From Pseudomonas phage TC6: a stretch of DNA of 49,796 nt. How positions within the stretch are numbered: the first letter of the stretch is position 1; each line of letters starts with the position of its first letter. Shown piece by piece: positions 1-9,562 of the stretch. The notes beneath the pieces are model-generated. The model did not search any database. It worked only from the letters and a program-made list of their open reading frames with translations, and was not told the origin of the DNA. The position numbers were made by a program, and so were the translations under genes. Location of the stretch: sequence record MG676466.1. One strand, 5' to 3'.

Positions 1-229
1 GGGGGTTCATTAGGTGCATTGACACTAAAAATTTTCTAGCAGAAATTCCTCCCACTAAAAAGTGGGCCTTAAGGTTCTCCTCATGTAGTGACAGGGAGTT
101 ACTATGTAGGTGTTCTTCTCATGAAGAGGAGGACATACTAACATGTAAGAGGACTATACGCCTTCGGCACTTAATGCTAAAGGTACCATTGCTCACGCAA
201 GTGAGCGTTAAGAATAATAAGAGACTCTT

Positions 230-823
230 ATGACCGACATAACGTTACAGAACATTACGTCTGGTTACAATGTCACGAAGATTAATTACAACTTCGATGT
301 TATTGAACAAAGTATTAATGAGGACATTCTACACTTGAAGGGTGGTAACAACACTATGCTTCAAGACTTGGATATGAACTCTTATGCTTTGCTTAATGTT
401 AAGACAGATGTAACCAATCCGGATAGCCTCCTTACTGTTGCTGATGGTGATGTACGCTATTACAACATTACGGGAGACACCCTGGAAGGAACTTTTAACG
501 CTGGTCAACAGCGTATGACTAATTTGCGTAAGGCAGCAGCTCCTACTGAAGCAGTACGTAAACAAGAGCTTGATGAAGAAGCTGCTGCTAGAGCAGCCGG
601 TGATGCTTCTTTACAAGAACAACTTAATGGAACCAACCCGCCAATGGGTAGTGCTTTCTCAGTTATTAGTTGGCACGGACAACATGTAACAAATAGTATT
701 GACATACCAGACAATGTTAACGCTTGGTCCTTTGGGCCTACGATGACTATTGATGCAGGTCAAGTAGTTACTATTGGCGACAATTCGTTCTGGACCATTG
801 CTAACGGAGAAGTACAACCATGA
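230..823 (+). CDS. tail fiber/tailspike N-terminal adaptor (anchor) protein
   Basis: First ORF of the structural module. Its stop overlaps the ATG of the downstream beta-helix spike ORF (ATGA at 820-823). N-terminal region resembles podovirus tail-fiber anchor domains. A split-spike arrangement is inferred. Confidence 0.45.
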   Translation: MTDITLQNITSGYNVTKINYNFDVIEQSINEDILHLKGGNNTMLQDLDMNSYALLNVKTDVTNPDSLLTVADGDVRYYNITGDTLEGTFNAGQQRMTNLRKAAAPTEAVRKQELDEEAAARAAGDASLQEQLNGTNPPMGSAFSVISWHGQHVTNSIDIPDNVNAWSFGPTMTIDAGQVVTIGDNSFWTIANGEVQP

Positions 824-2214
824 GTACGTTGAGAGTAGACACTCTACAAAAACCTGATAACAGCGTCACTGTTAATCTGGAAGATATCATTACGGAAGTG
901 AATCTAGGTGATACCACTTCCCCCGCTAAAGGAGCTGGCCTAGTAGGTTTCTCTAGTAGCGTTAGCTACCCTGATGGTACTGTAGGGGCTGAAATCCTAG
1001 AGGTAAGCTCTAAGATTGGCGTTACAGTAAAAGACTATGGTGCTGTCGGTGATGGCGTCACTGATGATACCGTAGCGATTCAAGCAGCCATCACTGCGGT
1101 TGGTCAATATAAAGACTTAGGTTGGCCTAGTGGTACCTACCTAATTACTCAGAAGTTGGTAATGCCAACTGGTCAAAGATGGGTGGGCGCTGGTGGCCAA
1201 CGTGGTGCCACTATTAAGAAGGGCGCCAATATCGACATGGTAGAAGTAGGTACTCTGTGTACTGTTCTTGATATTAGCCTAGAAGGTGAGGGAGCTACTT
1301 ACTCCGGTAAAGGGTTTGTAATTGCGTCTGGCTTTAGTCAGAACCTAGTGCGTTGCAGAGCCGTTAACATGGGTGGTGAGCCACTATACTTCGCTAATAA
1401 CGCAGGTGGTGGTGCAAACGTAACAGCGTTTGAAGGTTACCCTGTAGATACGGACACTTACGCTGGGTGCGTTATTGCAGGAGATACTTCTCCTCATCCT
1501 CGGTTCTTCCGTGGTATGTGGTTGAGCGGTGCTAACTTTGCCCTTGGCCCTGGTGCAGGTAATGGTGGATCGATGACTCAATTCTACATTAGAGATTTGA
1601 GGTTTGATCCTACTTCAACTCTGTTCCACATTTCCAATGGACGTTGTGCAACTCTTGGAGCCACGACGACTCTTAAGGGTTTCGATCACTCAATTGATGG
1701 CGTTGCTTTTGCAGGTCCAGTTGCACTCGACTCTGCTCAAGGCATCAACCTTGGTCCGTCTTGCTCTGTACCGTCACTCACGGAGAATGCGACCAACTCG
1801 CAATACAACTCCGTCTATGTACAGCGTAGGACCTACACCCCAACTTGGACGCAGACTAGTGCTACTCCTGCAATTGGTAATGGTACCTTGACTGGTAACT
1901 ATGTCCGAGCTGGTCACATGTGTCATGTGCAGATTGAATTGGTAGCAGGTTCGACTACGACCTTCGGTGATGCTGCATCAGGCTATCGTTTCTCTCTCCC
2001 GTTCCCTGGACACCTGTCTTTCAACCAGAGAGGGTTCCCTGTGCGAATCTACGACACTAGTGCTAGTGCAGATTTCACTGGGTGGGCATCCATTGGTGCG
2101 GGTCAAGATTACATCACCATCTCCGTAGGAGCACAGCAGGTTCGTTCTACGTCGCCTATGACTTGGGCCACTGGGGATACGCTGCATTGCTCGTTCTCCT
2201 ATATGACCCGTTAA
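820..2214 (+). CDS. tailspike / receptor-binding protein with pectate-lyase-like right-handed beta-helix (putative depolymerase)
   Basis: Motif VKDYGAVGDGVTDDTVAIQAAI is typical of the Pectate_lyase_3 / P22-tailspike-like beta-helix N-cap. Gly/Asn-rich repeats follow. 464 aa. Confidence 0.7.
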   Translation: MSTLRVDTLQKPDNSVTVNLEDIITEVNLGDTTSPAKGAGLVGFSSSVSYPDGTVGAEILEVSSKIGVTVKDYGAVGDGVTDDTVAIQAAITAVGQYKDLGWPSGTYLITQKLVMPTGQRWVGAGGQRGATIKKGANIDMVEVGTLCTVLDISLEGEGATYSGKGFVIASGFSQNLVRCRAVNMGGEPLYFANNAGGGANVTAFEGYPVDTDTYAGCVIAGDTSPHPRFFRGMWLSGANFALGPGAGNGGSMTQFYIRDLRFDPTSTLFHISNGRCATLGATTTLKGFDHSIDGVAFAGPVALDSAQGINLGPSCSVPSLTENATNSQYNSVYVQRRTYTPTWTQTSATPAIGNGTLTGNYVRAGHMCHVQIELVAGSTTTFGDAASGYRFSLPFPGHLSFNQRGFPVRIYDTSASADFTGWASIGAGQDYITISVGAQQVRSTSPMTWATGDTLHCSFSYMTR

Positions 2215-2266
2215 GGTATTAATTAACTTTTAAGTTCTTCCAGGGAAGGAGGAACAGGAGTATCAT

Positions 2267-2770
2267 ATGATAGATAAATCTAGATTGGTTGACAGTATGG
2301 GTAGGCCACTCACTCAAAGTTTGTTTTTAGAAATTGGTTATAGTGAGTTTGCTGTCTATACTTTTAAAGATAGAGACTACGCCTACAAAGGCAGTCATTA
2401 TCCTTCTCTTAAGCGGCTGTACCTAGAAGAGGAAGACCCTATTGAGTACACCTTTGCGGAGAAGCATTTGCTTGGCTGGCAACATTGGAAACGCCTTCAA
2501 GAAAACAAGATTATTCGTAAACAAATTGATCAATGGCGTGAAGAGCTAGAGCTTAAACTCCGGTCACAAGGTGTAAGAGAAATGCTTAACCTTTGTGCTA
2601 GTGAGACCGGTAACTTCAGTGCTGCTAAATACCTAGCTGATAGAGGTTGGGAGAAACGAGCTGCTGGTCGTCCTAGCAAAGCTGAGAAAGAACGATATCA
2701 AGCCATTGAAGAAAAACTACAAGACGAGTTCAGTGCTGATATTGCTCGACTAGATGACTTTAGGAAATAA
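2267..2770 (+). CDS. putative terminase small subunit
   Basis: 167 aa charged ORF immediately upstream of the large terminase, with a good RBS (GGAGTATCAT-ATG). The assignment is positional only. Confidence 0.35.
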   Translation: MIDKSRLVDSMGRPLTQSLFLEIGYSEFAVYTFKDRDYAYKGSHYPSLKRLYLEEEDPIEYTFAEKHLLGWQHWKRLQENKIIRKQIDQWREELELKLRSQGVREMLNLCASETGNFSAAKYLADRGWEKRAAGRPSKAEKERYQAIEEKLQDEFSADIARLDDFRK

Positions 2771-2773
2771 GTA

Positions 2774-4381
2774 ATGCAAGAAGAAGATTGGCTGATAGAG
2801 GCAGAGAAAAAGCTTAAGCGAATGCCTGAAAAGGCTAAGGAAGTAAGAGAGCGTGCCCTAGAAGACCTCTATTTCTTCGCTAAGCTTGTGAATCCTGGAT
2901 ATGTGTACGGTGAGGTACATAGAGAAATTTTTGCCTGGATGCAAGACTATACGCTGTTTGGTAGAGGTAGTGATCTCACTAGTAACAAACTCATTATGCT
3001 ACCTCGTGCTCACCTTAAGTCTCACATGGTAGCTACATGGTGTGCATGGATTATCACTAGGCATCCAGAAGTAACTATTCTCTACATTTCTGCAACTGCG
3101 ACTCTGGCCGAGACACAGCTATATGCTGTAAAGAATATTCTGGCTTCCAGTGTATACAATAGATACTTCCCAGAGTATATTCATCCTCAAGAAGGTAAGA
3201 GGGAGAAGTGGTCATCTAACGCAATGTCAATTGACCACGTACAGCGTAAGAAAGAGGGTATTCGAGATGCTACCATTGCTACTGCTGGTCTAACTACTAA
3301 CACCACTGGATGGCACGCTGATATTATTGTAGCGGACGACTTAGTAGTTCCTGAGAACGCCTACACTGAAGATGGCCGTGAGAGCGTACAGAAGAAGTCC
3401 TCTCAGTTCACCTCTATCCGTAACGCTGGTGGATTTACTATGGCCTGCGGTACTCGTTACCATCCGTCTGATATTTATGCTACTTGGCGTAGTCAGAAAT
3501 ACGATATCTTCGATGATGAAGGTATGAAGATTGATGAGCATCCAGTTTGGGAGATCAAGGAGTATGCTGTAGAGAAAGACAACATCTTCTTATGGCCCAG
3601 AACTATTCGAGAGGATGGTAAGGCGTTTGGGTTTGACATTAGGGTGTTGGCTAGGATTAAGGCAGAATACTCTGACAGGGTGCAGTTCTTTGCTCAGTAT
3701 TACAATGACCCTAACGATCCGGGCAGTGACCGAATCTCTAGAGATAAGTTTCAATATTATAACCCCAGACTGTTGAAGAAGGAAGGCTCTAGATGGACGT
3801 ATAATGGTCGCAGGCTTAACATCTATGCTGCTGTGGACTTTGCGTTTAGCCTTTCTAGGCAAGCGGACTACACAGCTATTGTCGTCATTGGCATAGACTG
3901 TGATAATAATATCTATGTCGTCGATATTGACAGATTCAAGTCAGATAAAACTCTGGAGTATTTCCAGCACATTAAAGCTCTACATTCCAAATGGGTGTTC
4001 AACAAACTCCAGGCTGAAGTAACAGTAGCTCAGAAAGTTATTGTGAATGGGATTAAAGACTATGTGAAGAAGGATGGATTAAGGCTGTCAGTAGAAGAGT
4101 ATAGGCCGAGCAGGGCTGAAGGCTCTAAGGAAGAACGCATTGCAGCGGCCCTAGAACATCGATATGATAACCTAGAGGTATGGCACCACGAGGGTGGCTG
4201 GACAAGCGTCCTAGAAGAAGAATTGGTGCTTTCTAGGCCACCTCATGACGATATCAAAGATGCCCTGGCTAGTGCTGTTTCTATTGCCACCCCTCCTGCA
4301 AAAAGTTTCAACAGTGGTATTCAAGACTTTCTTTTTGACAACTCCAAACGTTCTCGTTTTGGTGGCGTCGCTTACAGATAA
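2774..4381 (+). CDS. terL: terminase large subunit
   Basis: 535 aa ORF directly preceding the portal gene. ATPase-like N-terminal half and an acidic nuclease-like C-terminal half (VDFAFSL...DID) are consistent with TerL. Confidence 0.7.
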   Translation: MQEEDWLIEAEKKLKRMPEKAKEVRERALEDLYFFAKLVNPGYVYGEVHREIFAWMQDYTLFGRGSDLTSNKLIMLPRAHLKSHMVATWCAWIITRHPEVTILYISATATLAETQLYAVKNILASSVYNRYFPEYIHPQEGKREKWSSNAMSIDHVQRKKEGIRDATIATAGLTTNTTGWHADIIVADDLVVPENAYTEDGRESVQKKSSQFTSIRNAGGFTMACGTRYHPSDIYATWRSQKYDIFDDEGMKIDEHPVWEIKEYAVEKDNIFLWPRTIREDGKAFGFDIRVLARIKAEYSDRVQFFAQYYNDPNDPGSDRISRDKFQYYNPRLLKKEGSRWTYNGRRLNIYAAVDFAFSLSRQADYTAIVVIGIDCDNNIYVVDIDRFKSDKTLEYFQHIKALHSKWVFNKLQAEVTVAQKVIVNGIKDYVKKDGLRLSVEEYRPSRAEGSKEERIAAALEHRYDNLEVWHHEGGWTSVLEEELVLSRPPHDDIKDALASAVSIATPPAKSFNSGIQDFLFDNSKRSRFGGVAYR

Positions 4382-4393
4382 TTTGGAGATATA

Positions 4394-6148
4394 ATGTCAA
4401 CTAAAGTAGCTGAGCTTAATAGCTTGCTGGTACGTGATAGTTCTGCCCAATGGGTAGCCTATCTCTGGGATCGTTTTAATAATCAACGACGCCAGAAAAT
4501 TGAAGAGTGGAAAGAGTTGCGTAACTATGTTTTTGCAACAGATACTACTACGACTTCCAACCAAGGGTTGCCTTGGAAGAACTCTACCACCCTCCCAAAA
4601 CTTTGTCAGATTAGAGACAACCTTCACTCTAACTATTTCTCGTCCCTATTCCCTAACGACGACTGGCTTCGCTGGGTAGGTTATGGCAAGGGTGATAGCA
4701 CTAAAACTAAAGCCAAAGCCATCCAGGCTTACATGAGCAATAAGTGCAGAGAGAGTCATTTCCGCACTGAGGTTAGTAAGCTAATCTATGATTATATTGA
4801 TTACGGTAATGCGTTTGCCACTGTAAGTTTCGAAGCTAAGTACAAAGAGATGCCTGATGGCACTTTGGTGCCTGACTACATTGGCCCACGGCTTGTACGT
4901 ATTAGTCCACTGGACATTGTGTTTAACCCACTTGCAACCTCTATTTCTGACACCTTTAAAATTGTACGCTCTGTAAAGACCAAGGGAGAGCTTATGAGGC
5001 TCGCTCAAGATGAACCTGAGCAATCCTATTGGCTAGAGGCTTTGAAGCGTAGAGAAGAGATTTGCAGGCATCTAGGGGGTTATTCTGTAGAGGACTTCGA
5101 TAAGGCTGCTGGATTCGATGTAGATGGATTCGGTAACCTGTACGAATACTACATGAGTGACTGGGTAGAAATCCTGGAGTTCTATGGAGACTACCACGAC
5201 AAAGAAACTGGCGAACTTCAAACCAATAGAATTATCACTGTAGTAGATAGGTCTACTGAAGTTCGTAATGAGTCCATTCCGACTTGGTTTGGCTCTGCCC
5301 CAATTTACCATGTTGGTTGGAGATTCCGCCCAGACAATCTGTGGGCCATGGGACCTCTAGACAATCTAGTAGGTATGCAATATCGAATTGACCATCTTGA
5401 GAATGCCAAGGCTGATGCTGTCGATCTTATCATTCAACCTCCGCTGAAAATCATTGGTGAGGTGGAAGAGTTTGTATGGGGTCCTAGTGCGGAGATTCAT
5501 CTGGACCAAGGCGGTGATGTACAAGAGGTTGCCAAGAACGTTAACTATATCATCAATGCAGACAACCAAATTCAAATGCTAGAAGATCGTATGGAGCTGT
5601 ACGCTGGCGCTCCTCGTGAGGCTATGGGCATTCGTACTCCTGGTGAAAAGACTGCATTTGAAGTACAACAGCTTGGTAATGCTGCCGGTCGAATCTTCCA
5701 AGAGAAGGTCACTACGTTCGAAGTAGAACTGTTGGAGCCTGTGCTAAACGCTATGCTGGAAACCGCTACTCGTAACATGGATGGTAGTGATGTTATTCGA
5801 GTTATGGATACTGATCTTGGCGTTAAAGAGTTCATGTCTGTTACTCGTGAAGACATTACTGCTAACGGAAAGATTAGACCCATTGGCGCTAGACACTTCG
5901 GTAAGCAGGCACAAGACTTGCAAAACCTAGTAGGAATCTTCAATAGTCAAATTGGGCAAATGATTCTTCCTCACACTAGTGGTAAGGCGTTGGCTACTTT
6001 CGTAGATGATGTAACTGGATTGCAAGGTTACGAAATCTTTAGACCTAACGTGGCAGTAGCAGAACAAGCAGAGACTCAATCGCTTGTTGCACAAGCACAA
6101 GAAGACCTGCAACTTCAAGCTCAAATGCCTGCTGAGGGTGCTATCTAA
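4394..6148 (+). CDS. portal protein
   Basis: 584 aa ORF between terminase and scaffold/capsid, with the size and position of a portal. Acidic C-terminus. Confidence 0.7.
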   Translation: MSTKVAELNSLLVRDSSAQWVAYLWDRFNNQRRQKIEEWKELRNYVFATDTTTTSNQGLPWKNSTTLPKLCQIRDNLHSNYFSSLFPNDDWLRWVGYGKGDSTKTKAKAIQAYMSNKCRESHFRTEVSKLIYDYIDYGNAFATVSFEAKYKEMPDGTLVPDYIGPRLVRISPLDIVFNPLATSISDTFKIVRSVKTKGELMRLAQDEPEQSYWLEALKRREEICRHLGGYSVEDFDKAAGFDVDGFGNLYEYYMSDWVEILEFYGDYHDKETGELQTNRIITVVDRSTEVRNESIPTWFGSAPIYHVGWRFRPDNLWAMGPLDNLVGMQYRIDHLENAKADAVDLIIQPPLKIIGEVEEFVWGPSAEIHLDQGGDVQEVAKNVNYIINADNQIQMLEDRMELYAGAPREAMGIRTPGEKTAFEVQQLGNAAGRIFQEKVTTFEVELLEPVLNAMLETATRNMDGSDVIRVMDTDLGVKEFMSVTREDITANGKIRPIGARHFGKQAQDLQNLVGIFNSQIGQMILPHTSGKALATFVDDVTGLQGYEIFRPNVAVAEQAETQSLVAQAQEDLQLQAQMPAEGAI

Positions 6149-6405
6149 TGAGACAATCTTGGACTCAAGGCCTAGAGCCAGAACGTGCCAAGGATGTTAG
6201 AGCTAACTTCAAGGAGTCTCTGGTTATGAGACGGAGGCTCCTTGAACTTCTTGAGAAGAAGATTGACGCCTCTGTAAAAAATGGACGCTCTATCACATCC
6301 TACGATAACCCCAACTGGGCTCTGCTTCAAGCGGATGCCAGAGGTTACGAACGCGCTATACAAGAAGTATTAGACCTTTTGAATGATAAATCTACCGATA
6401 GTTAG
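6148..6405 (+). CDS. hypothetical protein
   Basis: 85 aa ORF whose ATG overlaps the portal stop (TAATG), suggesting translational coupling. Confidence 0.4.
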   Translation: MRQSWTQGLEPERAKDVRANFKESLVMRRRLLELLEKKIDASVKNGRSITSYDNPNWALLQADARGYERAIQEVLDLLNDKSTDS

Positions 6406-6411
6406 GAGATT

Positions 6412-6528
6412 ATCTTCTAAAAAAAGTATATACTATGTGTATAATATATTTATATATATATATATATTAGTATTATTATAATTAGTAATATTATTATATA
6501 TTAATTAACATAATTACTTAGAGGTATA
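6412..6528. promoter_or_regulatory. AT-rich intergenic region with TATAAT -10 hexamer (about 6439-6444, TG just upstream) and (TA)n palindromes
   Basis: About 85% AT. Contains tgtgtataat (a sigma70 -10 consensus with adjacent TG), the palindrome agtatatact and an (at)n run. Lies directly upstream of the scaffold and capsid genes. Confidence 0.5.
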
Positions 6529-6530
6529 CT

Positions 6531-7289
6531 ATGGCTGACCAGCCTGATGTATTTAGTGAGCAACAATCTACTCCGGTAACCCCGGAGGCTTCCAATCCGG
6601 CTTCTGCTCCTGATGCGTCTTATGCGGACCTGCTGGCGTCTATCAAGAATGAGCAAGGCCAACCTAAATATGATTCTCTGCCTAAAGCTCTAGAAGGGCT
6701 GGCTAACGCTCAACAATACATTCCTCAACTCAAGCAGCAACTGCAAGAGAAGGAAGCGGCTCTTGCCGAACTCCAAGCGAAGCTTCAGCAAACTCAATCG
6801 GTAGAAGAAATCATTGAACGACTGCAAAACCAGAATCAACCTCCGGCAGCAGAAACACCATCTCAAGCTAGTGGTCTTGATCAGCAAGCAGTTACTGAAC
6901 TTGTGCGTAATCTTCTTGTTCAAGAGAAGGTCCAAATGACCGCTGAACAAAACAAGGCGCAAGTAAATAATACTCTCCTCCAGAAATTTGGTGAGAAGGC
7001 TCCTGAAGTTATGGCAGCGAAAGCTAAAGAACTTGGGACTACTCCTAAAGAACTAGGAGAACTTGCTAGCCGGAATCCAGCAATGGTACTGGCACTTTTC
7101 AATACCTCGACCTCTTCGGTCAAACTTAACACTGCCACTAGCTATAACACTCAACTCAATGCTCCTGAGCGTCAACCTCTACAGCGTCCCGAGAAGTCTC
7201 TACTGAAAGGGGCCACGTCTAAAGAACAGGCTGAGTTCATGCGTAGGATTCGAGAAGAAGTGTACGCACAGCATGGCATTACACAATAA
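6531..7289 (+). CDS. scaffolding protein
   Basis: 252 aa Q/A/E/L-rich predicted coiled-coil protein immediately upstream of the major capsid gene. Confidence 0.6.
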   Translation: MADQPDVFSEQQSTPVTPEASNPASAPDASYADLLASIKNEQGQPKYDSLPKALEGLANAQQYIPQLKQQLQEKEAALAELQAKLQQTQSVEEIIERLQNQNQPPAAETPSQASGLDQQAVTELVRNLLVQEKVQMTAEQNKAQVNNTLLQKFGEKAPEVMAAKAKELGTTPKELGELASRNPAMVLALFNTSTSSVKLNTATSYNTQLNAPERQPLQRPEKSLLKGATSKEQAEFMRRIREEVYAQHGITQ

Positions 7290-7299
7290 GGAATAGGAA

Positions 7300-8241
7300 A
7301 TGCAACTTACTTCTAATACCCGTGCGTTTATCGAGAGTGAACAATATAGCAAGTTCATTCTTCTGAACCTGCATGATGGTCTGCTGCCGGAAACTTTCTA
7401 TCGCAACGTTTCTGATTTCGGCTCGGGCGAGACCCTGCATATCAAAACCATCGGCTCGGTAACTCTGCAAGAAGCAGAAGAAGATACCCCGCTGATTTAC
7501 AACCCGATTGAGACTGGCGAGATCACTTTCCAAATCACCGAATACAAAGGCGATGCTTGGTATGTGACTGACGACCTGCGTGAAGATGGTACTGATATTG
7601 ACCGTCTGATGGCAGAGCGTGCTGCTGAGTCCACTCGCGCTATCCAAGAAACCTTCGAAACCGACTTCCTGAAGACTGGTGCTGAATACTTCGCAGCTAA
7701 CCCCGGTCCTCACAATGTTAACGGTTTCCCGCACGTTATTGTCTCCGCTGAGACCAATGGCGTCTTTGCACTGAAGCACCTAATCGCTATGCGTCTGGCC
7801 TTCGATAAGGCTAACGTTCCGGCTGAAGGTCGTGTCTTCATTGTTGACCCGGTAGCTGAGGCCACTCTGAATGGTCTGGTCACCATTACCCACGACGTAA
7901 CCGAGTTCGGTAAGATGATTCTCGAAAGCGGTATGGCTCGTGGTCAACGCTTCATCATGAACCTGTACGGCTGGGATATACTCACTTCCAACCGTCTGCA
8001 TGTAGCTAACTACAACGATGGCACCACCACTGGTAATGGTTATGTTGGTAACCTGTTCATGTGTATCCTGGACGACCAAACCAAGCCGATCATGGGTGCA
8101 TGGCGTCGTATGCCCAAATCCGAAGGTGAGCGTAACAAAGATCGTGCTCGTGATGAACACGTAGTTCGTTGCCGCTATGGCTTTGGTATCCAACGTCTGG
8201 ATACTCTGGGTCTCCTGGCTACTTCTGCAACCGCTTACTAA
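7300..8241 (+). CDS. major capsid protein
   Basis: 313 aa ORF after the scaffold gene with a strong RBS (AAGGAATAGGAA). Codon usage looks highly expressed (GGT/CGT/CTG bias). A rho-independent terminator lies a short way downstream. Confidence 0.7.
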   Translation: MQLTSNTRAFIESEQYSKFILLNLHDGLLPETFYRNVSDFGSGETLHIKTIGSVTLQEAEEDTPLIYNPIETGEITFQITEYKGDAWYVTDDLREDGTDIDRLMAERAAESTRAIQETFETDFLKTGAEYFAANPGPHNVNGFPHVIVSAETNGVFALKHLIAMRLAFDKANVPAEGRVFIVDPVAEATLNGLVTITHDVTEFGKMILESGMARGQRFIMNLYGWDILTSNRLHVANYNDGTTTGNGYVGNLFMCILDDQTKPIMGAWRRMPKSEGERNKDRARDEHVVRCRYGFGIQRLDTLGLLATSATAY

Positions 8242-8254
8242 TAGGAGAATAATA

Positions 8255-8611
8255 ATGGGTTATGAATCCAACACTGGTCTGAACGTCAGTAACCACTACG
8301 GCCCTCGTGGCACGGGTGGTACTCGTGGCGTGTTCAAGACCGAAGGTTATCAATACGAGTTCGTATGGAACCTTGAAGACACCGGCCTGCCGTTTAAATT
8401 CCCGATTTATCCGGGCGGTGTAGAGGTAGTTGCTGTAGATGACTCCTTCGCTGAAGGTACTGTCTCTGCTGTGACCATTGGTGGTGTAGCTGTTTTCGCT
8501 GCCACTGAAGCCTCCCCGGTTATGCTCGCTGCCAACAACACTGGCGTGCTTGCTCAAACTGGTGGTACTGGTGGTGTTCTGGTAATTCGTTTCCGCAACG
8601 TAGCAGTCTAA
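8255..8611 (+). CDS. hypothetical virion protein (Gly/Thr/Val-rich)
   Basis: Start refined to the ATG with RBS AGGAGAATAATA. Has the same high-expression codon bias as the capsid gene. Confidence 0.45.
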   Translation: MGYESNTGLNVSNHYGPRGTGGTRGVFKTEGYQYEFVWNLEDTGLPFKFPIYPGGVEVVAVDDSFAEGTVSAVTIGGVAVFAATEASPVMLAANNTGVLAQTGGTGGVLVIRFRNVAV

Positions 8612-8620
8612 GGAGGTTGT

Positions 8621-8887
8621 ATGACTTCCGTAGTTGATGCTAAACGTGCATATCTCCAATCTGTAACTGGCAGCGACACTGCTGCCATTGCAGACTTGGA
8701 AGCAATTTACTATGAACAAAAACTAGAGGGTGGTGCTGGTGATCCTGTCCCGGCTGCAACCACTTCTGTTGTGGGTGGCGTTAAGAAAGGTGTCGCTGTA
8801 GCGGATGCTACTGACGAAGCCTCTGCTGTCACTCAACTCAATGCCCTCCTCGCTAGCCTTCGGGCAGCAGGTACTATTGTTACCTAA
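8621..8887 (+). CDS. hypothetical protein
   Basis: 88 aa ORF with RBS AAGGAGG. Precedes the terminator. Confidence 0.4.
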   Translation: MTSVVDAKRAYLQSVTGSDTAAIADLEAIYYEQKLEGGAGDPVPAATTSVVGGVKKGVAVADATDEASAVTQLNALLASLRAAGTIVT

Positions 8888-8892
8888 CTGGG

Positions 8893-8935
8893 CTAAGGGC
8901 TGGTCAGAAATGGCCGGCCCTTTTTTATTGGAGAA
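8893..8935 (+). terminator. rho-independent terminator after capsid operon
   Basis: GC hairpin agggctgg...ccggccct followed by a ttttttatt run. Confidence 0.6.
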
Positions 8936-8940
8936 TTATA

Positions 8941-9561
8941 TTGGAACACGTAAACATTCCCGATAGTCAACGCCATGAAGTTAAGGGTGCCAGTACCGCT
9001 GCGTTGAACACTGTTTTGCACTCTGATGGTGATGGAACTACCACTTTTAAATTTGTGGACTACTCTAACATCGCTAACGTACCTGTCATTGATGGATATG
9101 AGTTTGTACTGTCGTCCTTTAGTGGAGCTAACCAACAGCCAGCATCAGTAGACACACCTCTTCAAGTTACTTTTGGCAGTGCTCAAACCACTACTGACGT
9201 GAACTTAGCCAGCAATGGCACAGTAACATTTAACACTGCTGGTAATTATATTGTCACGTTTTTCCTACGATTTGGACGTACTGGTGGTGCTGGCACCTCA
9301 GTCATTTTGAATAGAATTTTGCTTAACGGTTTGCAAGGGTTGAATACTAACACTTGCAGTTTTGACAATACTAGTATTACTATACCCTTCTCTGCAACGT
9401 TAGGTTTTAATGTCACACCTGGCACCACACTGGCGATGGAGATTATGAGGGACAGCTCTGGAAATAACAGTGGTGGCCTGCTAGCTACAACCCCAATCTT
9501 ATCTGGTTGGAATATCAGCCCTTCTGCAACTATCATTGTGAGCAAATTCTCAGGAAGTTAA
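8941..9561 (+). CDS. hypothetical virion protein (probable TTG start)
   Basis: 206 aa Thr/Asn/Ser-rich beta-type ORF. GGAGAA lies 5 nt upstream of the TTG start. Confidence 0.4.
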   Translation: MEHVNIPDSQRHEVKGASTAALNTVLHSDGDGTTTFKFVDYSNIANVPVIDGYEFVLSSFSGANQQPASVDTPLQVTFGSAQTTTDVNLASNGTVTFNTAGNYIVTFFLRFGRTGGAGTSVILNRILLNGLQGLNTNTCSFDNTSITIPFSATLGFNVTPGTTLAMEIMRDSSGNNSGGLLATTPILSGWNISPSATIIVSKFSGS

Positions 9562-9562
9562 T

